A stretch of DNA of 64,000 bases from Bdellovibrionales bacterium (GCA_964230645.1 CAXRHT010000003.1:672001-736000), one strand, 5' to 3'; numbered from the stretch's first letter, positions 38,248-48,912 are shown. Notes: generated by a model not told the origin, from the letters alone. Numbers and translations: made by a program.

Positions 38248-38976
38248 GTGATTTTTAGTTTATTAGGGCTAATTCTAAGTTTATCAAATGCTGTCTTTGC
38301 AGAACTCCCGGAGACTTGTGACCGAATCACAAATAAGACCGATTTCCCTGCTCAGACACAGAAAGTTTCCATGGATGAGAATTGCTTTTTGTTTGGAGAG
38401 ACTCTTTATGTTGAAGGCCGGATAGGACACCGAGTTTTTAAGACCCTCAATGAAAATCCACAGATCCAGGCTCTTTCTCTTCATTCTCCTGGAGGGAGCA
38501 CAGGAGTGGCTGAAAGGATCGGAGAACTGGTGAGAGAGCGAGGTCTTACCACCTGGATGCGTCCTCATGCGATCTGCGCCAGCAGTTGCACCCTAGTTTT
38601 CCAAGCCGGTATAAAGCGCTATGCTGGACCTGAAGGACTTCTATTTTATCACTGCACAGGCACGGGCCCTTTTGTGCGTATGATTTTGGAAAGAGAGTGT
38701 GGTCCGAACTATGAGGCATACACCGGGCAGTGTTTACAAGATTTGACTGATTTTATCGAGGTTACAACCGACTCGACAAAAAGGTATATGCAACAAAACC
38801 ACCTGGTCTATGGGATGGATCAAGAGTTCTATGATTACTTTTTCTCCGAGAAGGCTTTTGATGAGCGCTGGTTTGAAAAAGCAAACTTCTGCCAGCAGAA
38901 GGTCTCATTGGGCGTTCAGGACGCCCTGCGCTTCAATATTGTTCAGCAAATCGACGAAAGCCCAGGGGACCTCTAA
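38248..38976 (+). CDS. Periplasmic ClpP/crotonase-like fold protein
   Basis: Signal peptide; LHSPGGS, CASSCTLVFQAG..R motifs; GTG start after GGAGG. Confidence 0.65.
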   Translation: MIFSLLGLILSLSNAVFAELPETCDRITNKTDFPAQTQKVSMDENCFLFGETLYVEGRIGHRVFKTLNENPQIQALSLHSPGGSTGVAERIGELVRERGLTTWMRPHAICASSCTLVFQAGIKRYAGPEGLLFYHCTGTGPFVRMILERECGPNYEAYTGQCLQDLTDFIEVTTDSTKRYMQQNHLVYGMDQEFYDYFFSEKAFDERWFEKANFCQQKVSLGVQDALRFNIVQQIDESPGDL

Positions 38977-39119
38977 ACCTGTAGAGTTTTATAGTTTTAC
39001 TGATTTCACTTTCTTCCTGACTCAAAAGATTTTTCCAGTCAAAACTGGGCGTCGTCTTTAGCGCTATTCCGTTGAGCTGATAATTTTCTCGGCTTTAGTC
39101 TCAAATTGTGTCTCAAAAT

Positions 39120-39146
39120 TAAACCTTTCCCACGAATTGCCGAATA
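39120..39146 (+). promoter_or_regulatory. Putative sigma28 (FliA) promoter
   Basis: TAAA-N15-GCCGAATA. Confidence 0.65.
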
Positions 39147-39178
39147 GAACAATGAACAAGAAATGTGTGGGAGGCAGG

Positions 39179-39457
39179 ATGCTACTACAAGGTGATTTAC
39201 AAAAAGTTTTTGATGCTCTTTACCACTTAGGGGTTATTGATCCCGTTCTAGAGATGGACTGGGGTTCAGAGTTAGAGAAAATTGAACAACAACCCATGCG
39301 GTTAGCAAAGATCGTTGGAATTGTTAACTCCAATGTCGGAGACTACCAAGATCTTATGAACCAGCTGAGTCCTTTTGAAAGAGAAGACTTAGGACATTTG
39401 GCAATGGTTGTTGCCAAAGAACTTGTGGGTTTCCACACCAATCAAGTCCTTCACTAA
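39179..39457 (+). CDS. Hypothetical protein
   Basis: ATG after GGAGG, first gene of a three-gene run. Confidence 0.7.
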   Translation: MLLQGDLQKVFDALYHLGVIDPVLEMDWGSELEKIEQQPMRLAKIVGIVNSNVGDYQDLMNQLSPFEREDLGHLAMVVAKELVGFHTNQVLH

Positions 39458-39466
39458 GGTGGATGT

Positions 39467-39970
39467 ATGAAAAGCTTTGTGCTGTTCTTATTAATTTGTG
39501 TTTTCAGTGTCGGCGGCTATGCTGACTGGAAAATTGATTTTTCAAGACGTCAACAAGATATGGTTGAGCTTGAAAAGCAGAAACAAGTTTATGAACAAGA
39601 AGAAAAAAGTGTCCTCGATATGGTGACTGATCGTCAGGCTCCTATGCAGGACCTTGTTATTATCAATACCGAAAAAGGTTTTTACCCTGATCGCATTCAA
39701 GTCAAAAGAGATCAGCGCTACCGTGTTCACGTAGTCAACGTTAATCAAGACAAAAAGAATTTGAGCTTTATGCTCGATGCATTTTCAGAACATCATGGCA
39801 CTTATTTCGGTGAACAGATCGTATTTGAAATAGAGCCTCGCAAAGAAGGACTCTTTGATTTTCAATGTCCTGAAACAAAGGCCAAAGGAAAGTTTGTGGT
39901 TTTTACTTCCGATGAGGCCATAGAATCTCCATTAGAAAGTGTACCTATTCGACGTCCGGCTTCGCGGTAG
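39467..39970 (+). CDS. Secreted cupredoxin-like domain protein
   Basis: Signal peptide; GFYPDRIQVK, P.KEG.FDFQCP. Confidence 0.7.
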   Translation: MKSFVLFLLICVFSVGGYADWKIDFSRRQQDMVELEKQKQVYEQEEKSVLDMVTDRQAPMQDLVIINTEKGFYPDRIQVKRDQRYRVHVVNVNQDKKNLSFMLDAFSEHHGTYFGEQIVFEIEPRKEGLFDFQCPETKAKGKFVVFTSDEAIESPLESVPIRRPASR

Positions 39971-39979
39971 GGGGGCTTA

Positions 39980-41110
39980 ATGTCAGCAGGTCGCGAAGAG
40001 GCATTTAAAGAAGCGCTTCATAATTATTTAGGCCCAGTGGTAAAATATCTCGAAGACCCCGAGGTCACCGAGGTTCTGATCAATGGTCATGAAGAAGTCT
40101 TTGTTGAAATGAAGGGTAAGCTCACCCGAGTTCCCGTTAAATTTAGCTCAGAAGACGAGTTGCTCGCCGGAATTAATGCTATTGCCAATTACGTAGGAAG
40201 AAGAATTACGACAGAGGAACCAAGGCTTGATGCCAGGCTTCCCGATGGATCTCGTATCCATGCGGTGATTCGTCCCTGTGCGCAGTCGGGGCCAACGGTT
40301 GCCATTCGTAAATTTAGCCAAGTGGAAGTGGATTTTAAAAAGTACATCTCTTGGGGAGCCATCACTCCCGAGGGGGCGCAGTTTTTAGAAATTGCCATGT
40401 TTCTTGGAAAGAATATCCTTGTCAGTGGAGGAACCGGTTCCGGTAAAACAACCTTACTCGGTCTTCTTTGCGGGAGAATTCCTCCCGGTCAGAGAATCAT
40501 CGTTATTGAGGATGCCTCTGAGCTGACTGTTCACTATGAACATGTGGTGCGCTTTGAAACGAAAACAGCAGACACCCAAGGCAAGGGTGAAGTCTCTATT
40601 TATGACCTTTTAAAAAGTAGTTTGAGGTTACGTCCGGACCGAATCATTGTTGGTGAGGTGCGTGGGGCGGAAGCTTTTGAATTGATTCAAGCGATGAACA
40701 CAGGTCACAAGGGGTGCCTTGGGACCATTCACTCCAACTCGGCTGAAGATGCTCTCGTTCGTTTGGAATCATTGGCTCTGGGAGCTGGTGGAATTAGTGA
40801 GCGAGCTTTGCAGCACTCCATTGGCTCTGCCATTGATCTCGTCATTCAAATTTCTCGTCTTCGCGACGGATCGCGCCGCGTCGTATCCATTTCTGAAGCT
40901 TTGGGAACCGATGAAAAGAACAACTACATTGTCCGAGACATCTACAATATTCCAAGTCTGAAGCTACAGCCTGACGGGACCCTAAAAGGTGATATTGCAC
41001 CCACCGGTTATTTGCCCAGTTTTATCAATGAGATCGAGGAGAATCGCATTCCCTTCCCTCGTAGCAAGTTTCGAAATCCTAACAAAAAGCCAAAAAAACA
41101 AGCATCTTGA
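39980..41110 (+). CDS. cpaF: CpaF/TadA family pilus assembly ATPase
   Basis: DARLPDGSR, SGGTGSGKTT, IEDASEL, LRLRPDRIIVGEVRG, MNTGH. Confidence 0.92.
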   Translation: MSAGREEAFKEALHNYLGPVVKYLEDPEVTEVLINGHEEVFVEMKGKLTRVPVKFSSEDELLAGINAIANYVGRRITTEEPRLDARLPDGSRIHAVIRPCAQSGPTVAIRKFSQVEVDFKKYISWGAITPEGAQFLEIAMFLGKNILVSGGTGSGKTTLLGLLCGRIPPGQRIIVIEDASELTVHYEHVVRFETKTADTQGKGEVSIYDLLKSSLRLRPDRIIVGEVRGAEAFELIQAMNTGHKGCLGTIHSNSAEDALVRLESLALGAGGISERALQHSIGSAIDLVIQISRLRDGSRRVVSISEALGTDEKNNYIVRDIYNIPSLKLQPDGTLKGDIAPTGYLPSFINEIEENRIPFPRSKFRNPNKKPKKQAS

Positions 41111-41182
41111 CGGATTCAGTCATTGCTGAGCAATTCAAATCCTTCCTTGTTTTCTTCCTAAAATAACGGTTTAACAGAGACC

Positions 41183-42223
41183 ATGCAGGTGAGCTGTAAA
41201 GTCTCTTATTCAGTCCTAATATACCTCGAAAAACAAGGGGCCCAGTTGGATGCTTTTTTTGAAAGCTCCGACTCTCCGGTGGAGTATCTTAAAGATCCCA
41301 CAGGATGGCTTGATTTGTTCGAGATGGAGAACTTTTTAAGTGAACTCGCTGTGCATTTGTCCGAAAAAAATCCCGAAGCTTTTTACCGTGAAATCGGTCA
41401 GAATAATTTTGAATTAAGGGCCTGGGGCGTTTTGGACAGTGTTTTAAAGATGGTGGAATCCCCCAAGGATATTTTGGGTCAACCCGATCGTTTTCTATCC
41501 TACTTTTTAACTCCCCATCCGGAATTTGATATTCAGAAGAAATCTGACGATCAAATCCTACTTACTATGAAGGGTGAACCCATAGTTAAGCATGTGTTTG
41601 CCTACCTCATGGGAGCCGTTGAGGGTCTGCCACTTTATATGGGGCTGCCATTAGCTCATATTCAACACATCAGCGGTCGCACTTATAGTATCACCTGGAA
41701 TGATGACCAAGAGAGCCTTTTTGACGAACAGGAAAAGAAGCGTCGTCAGTTCCATCCTGAGATCGTGCAATCGGTTATGCAGAAGCTGCAGGTCAGCCCT
41801 GAGACCACAAGCTCTGACGTTATAGCCAGTGAAGCTTTTGAGCGCATGGTCGCCATTGAAGTTGAAAAAAGAATGGAAGCCTTTCTGTCTCGACAAAAAG
41901 AGTTTGATGAAACTTTTTTCAAAGTAAAAAATGATTTTTTCAAAATGTATGATTACTTCACCAGAGCGCAACAGATCATCACTCTGATAAGTCCAACGGC
42001 AAGAAAAGCTTCGGTCAAAGAAGCTATGCGAAGAGTGGACTGGGAGTATGTCCAAAAAGAATTCCCCGCCATGGTGGAAGATGCCTGTGATTCTATTTTA
42101 AGTTTGAGGGAAGCCTACAATTTACCGCAAGAGCCATCCCAAAAAACGAAAAAGCAAGAAGAGCCACCCGCGCGCCCCGATGACAACGATTTTTTAGAAC
42201 TGCAAGGAGGTCCTCATGTCTGA
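41183..42223 (+). CDS. Hypothetical protein
   Basis: 346-aa ORF overlapping the eno start. Confidence 0.72.
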   Translation: MQVSCKVSYSVLIYLEKQGAQLDAFFESSDSPVEYLKDPTGWLDLFEMENFLSELAVHLSEKNPEAFYREIGQNNFELRAWGVLDSVLKMVESPKDILGQPDRFLSYFLTPHPEFDIQKKSDDQILLTMKGEPIVKHVFAYLMGAVEGLPLYMGLPLAHIQHISGRTYSITWNDDQESLFDEQEKKRRQFHPEIVQSVMQKLQVSPETTSSDVIASEAFERMVAIEVEKRMEAFLSRQKEFDETFFKVKNDFFKMYDYFTRAQQIITLISPTARKASVKEAMRRVDWEYVQKEFPAMVEDACDSILSLREAYNLPQEPSQKTKKQEEPPARPDDNDFLELQGGPHV

Positions 42224-43481
42224 AATCAAGCAACTCAAGTCCAGAGAAATTTTAGACTCTAGAGGCTTTCCCACTGTTGAAGTTGAAGTATTAACCTCAA
42301 AAGGTATTTTAGCTCGCGCGGCTGTCCCTTCAGGAGCTTCGACGGGAGCTCATGAAGCTTGCGAATTAAGAGATGAGGATTCGAGCCGTTTTTTCGGTAA
42401 AGGGGTTCAGAAAGCTGTCAGCTTTGTGCAAAAAGAGATTCAAAATAATATCAAAGGTATGGACGTGAGCGACTGGGCAAGCATTGATGAAACCCTATTG
42501 AAGCTCGACGGAACCAAAAACAAATCACGCCTTGGAGCCAATGCCGTTCTTGGAGTCTCACTCGCCTGCGCCAAGGCTGCTGCCCTTGAGGAAGAAAAGT
42601 CTTTTTTCAAATATCTAGGTGGAGATAAAGCCACTCAACTTCCCATCCCATTAATGAATGTTCTTAATGGAGGAGCCCACGCCGACAATGGGTTGGATGT
42701 GCAAGAGTTTATGGTTGTGCCAAGACTTGAGACTTTTAAAAAGTCCTTACAGGCGGGAAGTGAAATTTTCCATAGCCTTAAAAAACTTCTCTCCCAAGAA
42801 GGGCTGACAGTCGCTGTAGGTGATGAAGGAGGATTTGCTCCGAAACTAAAATCCAATGAAGAGGCTTTGGATTACTTATGTAAAGCCGTGGACAAAGCCG
42901 GTTATAAATTAGGCTCTGAAGTTTATATGGCTCTCGATGTTGCTGCGACGGAGTTTTACAAAGACGGAAAATACCAGTGGGAAGGCTCACAAAAAAGTGC
43001 TGATGAAATCTCTAAAATATATATGGGCTGGAAGGAAAAGTTCCCATTGATTTCCATCGAAGATGGCCTTGCCGAAGACGACTGGGACGGATGGAAACAT
43101 CTCACTAAAGAGGTGGGTGCAAGCATTCAACTTGTGGGCGATGATCTTTTCGTGACCAACTACGATCGCCTGAAAAAAGGTGTCGAAGAAAAGTGTGCTA
43201 ACGCACTCCTTGTAAAAGTGAATCAAATTGGAAGCTTAAGTGAAACCAAAAAAGCCGTCGAATTCGCCCAAGCCTCCAATTACGAAACAGTGATGTCTCA
43301 CCGCAGTGGCGAAACAGAGGACACAACCATTGCTGACCTAGCGGTTGCCATGAACTGCTCACAGATCAAGACGGGAAGTCTTTGTCGAAGCGAAAGAATC
43401 GCAAAGTATAACCAACTTCTTCGCATTGAAGAAGAGCTGGGCGATAAAGCCACCTTCGCCAAACTCGATTTAATGAATTAA
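42216..43481 (+). CDS. eno: Enolase
   Basis: [41 protein letters not shown]. Confidence 0.97.
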   Translation: MSEIKQLKSREILDSRGFPTVEVEVLTSKGILARAAVPSGASTGAHEACELRDEDSSRFFGKGVQKAVSFVQKEIQNNIKGMDVSDWASIDETLLKLDGTKNKSRLGANAVLGVSLACAKAAALEEEKSFFKYLGGDKATQLPIPLMNVLNGGAHADNGLDVQEFMVVPRLETFKKSLQAGSEIFHSLKKLLSQEGLTVAVGDEGGFAPKLKSNEEALDYLCKAVDKAGYKLGSEVYMALDVAATEFYKDGKYQWEGSQKSADEISKIYMGWKEKFPLISIEDGLAEDDWDGWKHLTKEVGASIQLVGDDLFVTNYDRLKKGVEEKCANALLVKVNQIGSLSETKKAVEFAQASNYETVMSHRSGETEDTTIADLAVAMNCSQIKTGSLCRSERIAKYNQLLRIEEELGDKATFAKLDLMN

Positions 43482-43548
43482 ATTGTAACTGGACCTACAG
43501 TCAGGCTTAAAACTTGTTTCTGAAGCCAAAAGTAATAGAATAAAAATA

Positions 43549-43848
43549 ATGATTAAAGCCTTCTCAACTCAAATCAACCAATGGCTCAATAACCCCTTAA
43601 AAATTCTTTTATGGGGTAGCGTTTTCACATTCATAATGCTCCTAGCCGACGGCAGCCTTTGGCGCTTTTGGAGTCTTCAAAGAGGCCAAGAAGACCTAAA
43701 AGAACGAATGGCCGACCTAGAAGCAAAATCCAAAAAACTAGAGTTCAAAATCCACCAAGCCAAAAACCTAACCTACATAGAACGCCAAGCCACCGACCAA
43801 TTCGACTACATAAGAGAAGGCGACCTAATCTTCGTCTTCGCCGATTAA
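43549..43848 (+). CDS. ftsB: Septum formation initiator (FtsB/DivIC family)
   Basis: One TM helix, coiled coil, YIERQA...REGDLIFVF; follows eno as is usual. Confidence 0.75.
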   Translation: MIKAFSTQINQWLNNPLKILLWGSVFTFIMLLADGSLWRFWSLQRGQEDLKERMADLEAKSKKLEFKIHQAKNLTYIERQATDQFDYIREGDLIFVFAD

Positions 43849-43929
43849 AAACTAAGTTAAATTTTTAAAAACCCCATTTTTCAGATATCCGACCTGGGGG
43901 TAAGCGATATAATGTTTCTTGCAGGTTCT

Positions 43930-44053
43930 CTCGTCTAATGTTCAGAAGTAAAGCTCAGATTTTTGAGGCTCCCACGAGCGTGATGCGTTTAAGTGGGAAG
44001 GGCTTGGAGCCCGGCCTCAAAAATCTGAGCTTTACTTCTGAATATTAGACGAG
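43930..44053. repeat. Long intergenic inverted repeat (40-bp arms, 1 mismatch, 44-bp spacer)
   Basis: 43930-43969 versus 44014-44053; the mismatch is G-U on the plus (transcribed) strand. Confidence 0.95.
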
Positions 44054-44145
44054 CCCCGAGCCGCACAGAAAGATTGGAACGGGGTGGTGGGCCAGTGCCA
44101 TTCCGAAAAAGATAGAGTAGATTGGTCCCCTCCGGAGGACCCTCA

Positions 44146-46668
44146 ATGAAAAAACTCTATCTAGTCGACGTCAGTTCCATGTTTTTCCGCGCCTTCTACG
44201 CCATCCGAGCTCTTAATAATTCGGAAGGCTTACCCACCAATGCTATTTTTGGTTTTCTCTCCATGTCGGTAAAACTGTTAAAAGACGTGAAACCTGACTA
44301 TATGGTTTATTGCTACGACCAACCCGGCCCTTCTTTTAGAAAAGACATTTATGAAGAGTACAAAGCCAATCGTGGGGAAACTCCAGAAGACCTGATCCCC
44401 CAGATACCCTATATTAAAAAGTTAACCGAGCTTATGGGTATACCAGGAATAGGGCTTGAGAAGTACGAGGCCGATGACGTTGTTGGTTCCCTTGCTAAAT
44501 ACGGAAGAGAAAACAAACTCGAAGTTGTAATTGTCAGTGGAGATAAAGACTTCGCTCAACTCATAAAAGATAAAGTCACCATGTTCGATACGATGAAGGA
44601 TGTGGTTTACGATGTGGATAAAGTGATTGAAAAGTGGGGAGTGCATCCGGATCAGTTTATCGACTATCTGGCTCTTTGTGGGGATAGTTCCGACAACATC
44701 CCTGGAGTGAAAGGCATCGGTCCCAAGGGGGCCCAGAAACTTTTGACGAACTTTAAGAGTCTTGACGGCATTTATGAAAATATAGACAAAGTTAAAACAG
44801 CCTCCCATATTAAAAAGTTAAAAGAAGCTAAAGAAATGGCCTATGTCTCAAAAGAGCTTGTCACCATTAAAACCGATCTGGATTTGGTGAAGTCCTTGGA
44901 TGAGATTAGTTTAAAACCAATCAAATCTGACGAATTGGCCGAAGTCCTCGACGAGTTGGAGTTCTCTTCTTTCAAGAAGAATTTACTAGGCGCTTCAGCC
45001 TCAGCCAAAAAAGGTGGTACCAGTGGCGACACAGAGAAAAGAAAGGCCAAAATAAAAACCAAAGAAATTGATGCTCTTGAGTTGGATAAATGGCTTTCTA
45101 AAAAAGATGAAGTGTTCGCTTGGAAAGACTCTCGTAGTTTCTTTATTTGTAAAGAAAATGAGTGCCGATTGGTTAGTGATGATCTTTCAAAACTTGGTGA
45201 GATTCTTTCTGGAAAAGACCTTTTTTGGAAAGGCTATGACGTCAAGACTCTCTGGCGCGAAATGCAGGTGAGTCAAGGTGAGGTGAAAGAGGATCTTCTT
45301 TTAAGTGCTTACTTACTGAAGGCCGGAAGTATTAAGAGTTTTGAAGAAGTTTACCAAACCTATATCGGGGGGAGTTTGCCTGAGTTTCCCGAGGCTGCTG
45401 ATATTTACACGGCTTATCAAGAGACTCAAGAGGTGGTTCTCGAGCGGCTTAAAGAGCAAAAAATGTTACCTATTTTACAGACGGTGGATCTTCCCTTAGT
45501 CGAAGTTTTATCTGCTATGGAAAATAAGGGGGTGATGCTTGATACCGACCAGTTGGCAAAAGAGAGTCAAGACCTTCAAAAGGAAATAGAACAATTAGAA
45601 AATGAGGTGCAAGAAATTGCGGGCGAAAAGTTTAATGTAGCCAGTCCCAAGCAGCTCTCCAGCATACTTTTTGAAAAAATGGAATTAACCAAAGGCAAAA
45701 AGACCAAAACAGGTTATTCAACCGCTACTGATGTTCTTGAGAAACTAGTGGAAGAGAGTCCAATTGCTCAAAAGGTTTTGGACTTTCGGGAGTTGAGCAA
45801 ATTAAAGTCTACTTATGTCGATGCCCTTCCCGAGCTTGTTAACGAGAAAACGGGTCGAATACACACGGTATTCAATCAGGCTTTGACGACGACGGGGCGA
45901 CTTTCTAGTAATCATCCTAACCTACAAAACATTCCCATTCGTACTGAAAGAGGCCGGAAGGTTCGGGAGGCTTTTATAGTGCCTCCGAAGTGCAAAATGC
46001 TTTCCGCGGATTACTCGCAAATCGAACTCAGAATATTGGCTCACATCACTGGAGATGATGGTCTAACAAAGGCCTTTAACGAAGATCGCGACATTCATAG
46101 TTGGACAGCGAGCGAAATCTTTTCCATAAAAATGAGCGAGGTGGATTCGGAACAAAGGCGTCGAGCGAAGGCAGTGAACTTTGGGATTGCCTATGGTCAG
46201 GGGCCTTATGGCCTAGCTGAAACCTTAAAAATATCTCGGACGGAATCGAAGGAAATTATTGATAATTATTTTAAAAAGTTCCCTGGCGTAGCGGAATATA
46301 TGGACGAGGTGGTGGAGCGGGCCAAAGAAAACGGCTTTGTGGAAACTCTGTTTGGTCGCAGGCGCTATCTGCCAGAGCTAAAGTCTAAAAATCCCATGCA
46401 GAGAAATTTTGGAGAAAGAGCCGCAATTAACGCTCCCATTCAGGGGACGGCCAGTGATTTAGTTAAAATGGCCATGCTAGAGCTCTATGAAGACTATCCT
46501 GAGGAGATGCTTTTGCAAGTCCACGATGAACTTATCTTTGAGCTCCCAGAAAAAGAAATTCAGGACCATGCAGCTAAAATCAAAGAGGTTATGGAAGGCA
46601 ACGTTCAACTCAATGTAAAGCTCAAAGTGAACGTCGCGTGGGGTGATAATTGGTCAGAGGCTCATTAA
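44146..46668 (+). CDS. polA: DNA polymerase I
   Basis: 5'-3' exonuclease (YKANR, EADD, GDSSDNIPGV) and polymerase motifs (ADYSQIELR, KAVNFGIAYG, QVHDEL); ATG 44146 after GGAGG. Confidence 0.96.
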   Translation: MKKLYLVDVSSMFFRAFYAIRALNNSEGLPTNAIFGFLSMSVKLLKDVKPDYMVYCYDQPGPSFRKDIYEEYKANRGETPEDLIPQIPYIKKLTELMGIPGIGLEKYEADDVVGSLAKYGRENKLEVVIVSGDKDFAQLIKDKVTMFDTMKDVVYDVDKVIEKWGVHPDQFIDYLALCGDSSDNIPGVKGIGPKGAQKLLTNFKSLDGIYENIDKVKTASHIKKLKEAKEMAYVSKELVTIKTDLDLVKSLDEISLKPIKSDELAEVLDELEFSSFKKNLLGASASAKKGGTSGDTEKRKAKIKTKEIDALELDKWLSKKDEVFAWKDSRSFFICKENECRLVSDDLSKLGEILSGKDLFWKGYDVKTLWREMQVSQGEVKEDLLLSAYLLKAGSIKSFEEVYQTYIGGSLPEFPEAADIYTAYQETQEVVLERLKEQKMLPILQTVDLPLVEVLSAMENKGVMLDTDQLAKESQDLQKEIEQLENEVQEIAGEKFNVASPKQLSSILFEKMELTKGKKTKTGYSTATDVLEKLVEESPIAQKVLDFRELSKLKSTYVDALPELVNEKTGRIHTVFNQALTTTGRLSSNHPNLQNIPIRTERGRKVREAFIVPPKCKMLSADYSQIELRILAHITGDDGLTKAFNEDRDIHSWTASEIFSIKMSEVDSEQRRRAKAVNFGIAYGQGPYGLAETLKISRTESKEIIDNYFKKFPGVAEYMDEVVERAKENGFVETLFGRRRYLPELKSKNPMQRNFGERAAINAPIQGTASDLVKMAMLELYEDYPEEMLLQVHDELIFELPEKEIQDHAAKIKEVMEGNVQLNVKLKVNVAWGDNWSEAH

Positions 46669-46765
46669 AAGCGACTCGGGACTCTTCTTTTAAGAGTTTT
46701 AGTAGCGAGGACCTTGACCCTGTAAGAAATCCCTCCATATTGTAGAGGTAAAGGAGTGGATTTCC

Positions 46766-47647
46766 ATGAAACGTTTCTTTTTGTTTTTTCTTACAAATAT
46801 ATTAGTCATTGTATCTATTAGTATTGTCTACAGCCTTTTGGCAGCGGCAGGATTGGTTCCGGCCGACTATATGGGCCAAATGGTGGTCTTTTCCATACTG
46901 ATTGGTTTTGGCGGTTCTTTTATCTCCCTATTCATTTCGAAATGGATGGCCAAGCGCATGATGGGAGTGCAGATCGTCGATAACAGGGGACAATTTGGCC
47001 CGCTGGTCTCTCGAGTGCACGAAATGGCAAAGAGAGCCGGACTTAATAAAATGCCTGAAGTGGGAATTTATGAGAGTCCGGAAGTGAATGCCTTCGCCAC
47101 TGGCCCCAGTAAAAACAATGCCCTCGTAGCCGTATCGACCGGTCTTTTACAAAAAATGGATGATGATGAAGTGCATGGAGTCTTAGCCCATGAAATTTCT
47201 CACGTGGCTAATGGAGATATGGTGACAATGGCCCTTGTGCAAGGGGTTGTTAACTCATTCACTTACCTTGTGAGCATTATCGTCACAAACTTTATCGCGG
47301 GCGCGCTAAGGGGAGATAGCGAGCGAGGTATTGGAGACAATTGGTTTATTAGACATTTCATTTTCAATGCCGTTTTTGCGCTTGTAGCCTTTGCGGCTTA
47401 CCCGATTGTGGCCGGTTTTAGTCGTTATCGCGAATACCGAGCGGATGCTGGTGGTGCGAGATTGGCTGGAAAAGGTGCCATGATCGCAGCCCTTGAAAAA
47501 CTCAAAGGCAGTGTGGATGAAGTCGAAAAAAGTGAAGCGGCTTTTCAGTCCATGAAGATCTCGAATAAAAGCTCTTTTGCCGAGTTTTTCTCAACTCACC
47601 CGCCACTCGATAAACGCATTCGCGCACTACAGGCTCAAGTGCGTTAA
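46766..47647 (+). CDS. htpX: Zinc metalloprotease HtpX
   Basis: NAFATG, HEISH...NGDMVT, SRYREYRAD, STHPPL. Confidence 0.94.
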   Translation: MKRFFLFFLTNILVIVSISIVYSLLAAAGLVPADYMGQMVVFSILIGFGGSFISLFISKWMAKRMMGVQIVDNRGQFGPLVSRVHEMAKRAGLNKMPEVGIYESPEVNAFATGPSKNNALVAVSTGLLQKMDDDEVHGVLAHEISHVANGDMVTMALVQGVVNSFTYLVSIIVTNFIAGALRGDSERGIGDNWFIRHFIFNAVFALVAFAAYPIVAGFSRYREYRADAGGARLAGKGAMIAALEKLKGSVDEVEKSEAAFQSMKISNKSSFAEFFSTHPPLDKRIRALQAQVR

Positions 47648-47837
47648 GATTGGTGCTTATTTAAGTTGTCGCTTTTAGGGCTTAGGATTTCATTAGCCAA
47701 ACCCAAAGGCGACAAAACTTTTCGGTCGTGCCTACACAATTTTTCAGGTGTCGAACTTTTTGACACCGTCTTATTTCATTTAACAGGTCTAAGTTGTTGA
47801 ATTTAGGTGCTATTTCTTAAATAATCCCGTCTCACAT

Positions 47838-47853
47838 TGGCACAAATCTGGCA
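47838..47853 (+). promoter_or_regulatory. Putative sigma54 promoter
   Basis: TGGCACAAATCTGGCA, GG-N10-GC. Confidence 0.55.
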
Positions 47854-47880
47854 TTAATAGGGGGCAAGGAGAGTAAAAGA

Positions 47881-48495
47881 ATGAAACCAACATCTATCAT
47901 CGTATTGATCGCAACTTTTTTAACATCCCTGATTTTAAGTGCTGCCGAGTCTCAGCCAGCAAGGATTCAACCCAATGAAGGGGCCCAGCAGAAACGAAAA
48001 GAGGTCTCCGATAAAAAGGAAGTTTCCAAAAACCATCATAGATGGCAGCTCAACCAAAAGAGTGTGGTAAAGATCAAAGGGGTCGACCTTGGAGAGAAGT
48101 CTTGTTCCCTTTTTCAAGTTCATTTCGAAAAGGATCTTTCTTATCAGATTAGTTGTGGTGAGTTTTCAGTCGAACAGAACTTGGCTCTGAGCAATTCAAA
48201 AAAACACACTGTCACTCGGAAAAATGGTTATACTACAATCACTAAGTATGGATATTTGATAAAGAAGCCTCAAATTTCCCAATTGGATCAAACCACTCTA
48301 AGAGTGCCCTATGTTTCTCAGATCATCCATATTAATGAGAACGATAAAAACGAAATGGCTTTTTATTTAGAGAGCTTTAAGGTGGATGAGTTTGGGCGCA
48401 TAGTACAAGATCAATTTATTCAAGCACATGGGCTGGCCCAATTTGAACGAAAGGTCAGCGCCCATAGAGTAGAAAAACAGAAAAATCATAAGTGA
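47881..48495 (+). CDS. Secreted hypothetical protein
   Basis: Signal peptide, AAGGAG RBS. Confidence 0.7.
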   Translation: MKPTSIIVLIATFLTSLILSAAESQPARIQPNEGAQQKRKEVSDKKEVSKNHHRWQLNQKSVVKIKGVDLGEKSCSLFQVHFEKDLSYQISCGEFSVEQNLALSNSKKHTVTRKNGYTTITKYGYLIKKPQISQLDQTTLRVPYVSQIIHINENDKNEMAFYLESFKVDEFGRIVQDQFIQAHGLAQFERKVSAHRVEKQKNHK

Positions 48496-48528
48496 TAAGC
48501 TTTGAGGCGATTGGGTAAATATCGGGAG

Positions 48529-48912
48529 TTATTCCGATTCCCAACCGACAACTGTTCCATTTTCAAAATAAATCACTCGGCGCTCACTATAAAAGCCATC
48601 CATTGTGGGAACTTGAGTCTCATAGATCCATTTTTCATTTTCATACTTTGGATTGCCGGCCACTTCCACTTGTGTTGGAATTCCCAGGCTTCTTTGAACA
48701 TTGTTTTTACCCATTCCAAGATGAAGATAATCTGTGGTTGAGGGCTTTCTTTTTTGAGTGATTAAAGGTTGCTGATCATTAAGAAGGAGCATCTCTAAAT
48801 TATCGAGATCAGAAAGAGCTGGGTGCACTCGTCTTGAATTCTTTCTCGGAGTGGGAGAGAGCATACAAGCAGAAAGTGTCAGACTTGTTAATAGGATCAG
48901 AATTAATTTCAT
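48529..48912 (-). CDS. Lipoprotein with SmpA/OmlA (BamE-like) domain
   Basis: LSAC lipobox; LGMGKNNVQRSLGIP, EKWIY, IYFENGTVVGW. Confidence 0.7.
   Translation of the reverse strand: MKLILILLTSLTLSACMLSPTPRKNSRRVHPALSDLDNLEMLLLNDQQPLITQKRKPSTTDYLHLGMGKNNVQRSLGIPTQVEVAGNPKYENEKWIYETQVPTMDGFYSERRVIYFENGTVVGWESE

Noticed and set aside
43659..43868. Alternative-frame Arg/Pro-rich ORF inside ftsB
   Set aside because: A by-product of the local A/C skew, which removes stop codons from that frame.
47666..47715. Imperfect hairpin after htpX as a fifth long-stem element
   Set aside because: Short and mismatched with no clear codon halo; more likely an ordinary terminator or a decayed remnant.
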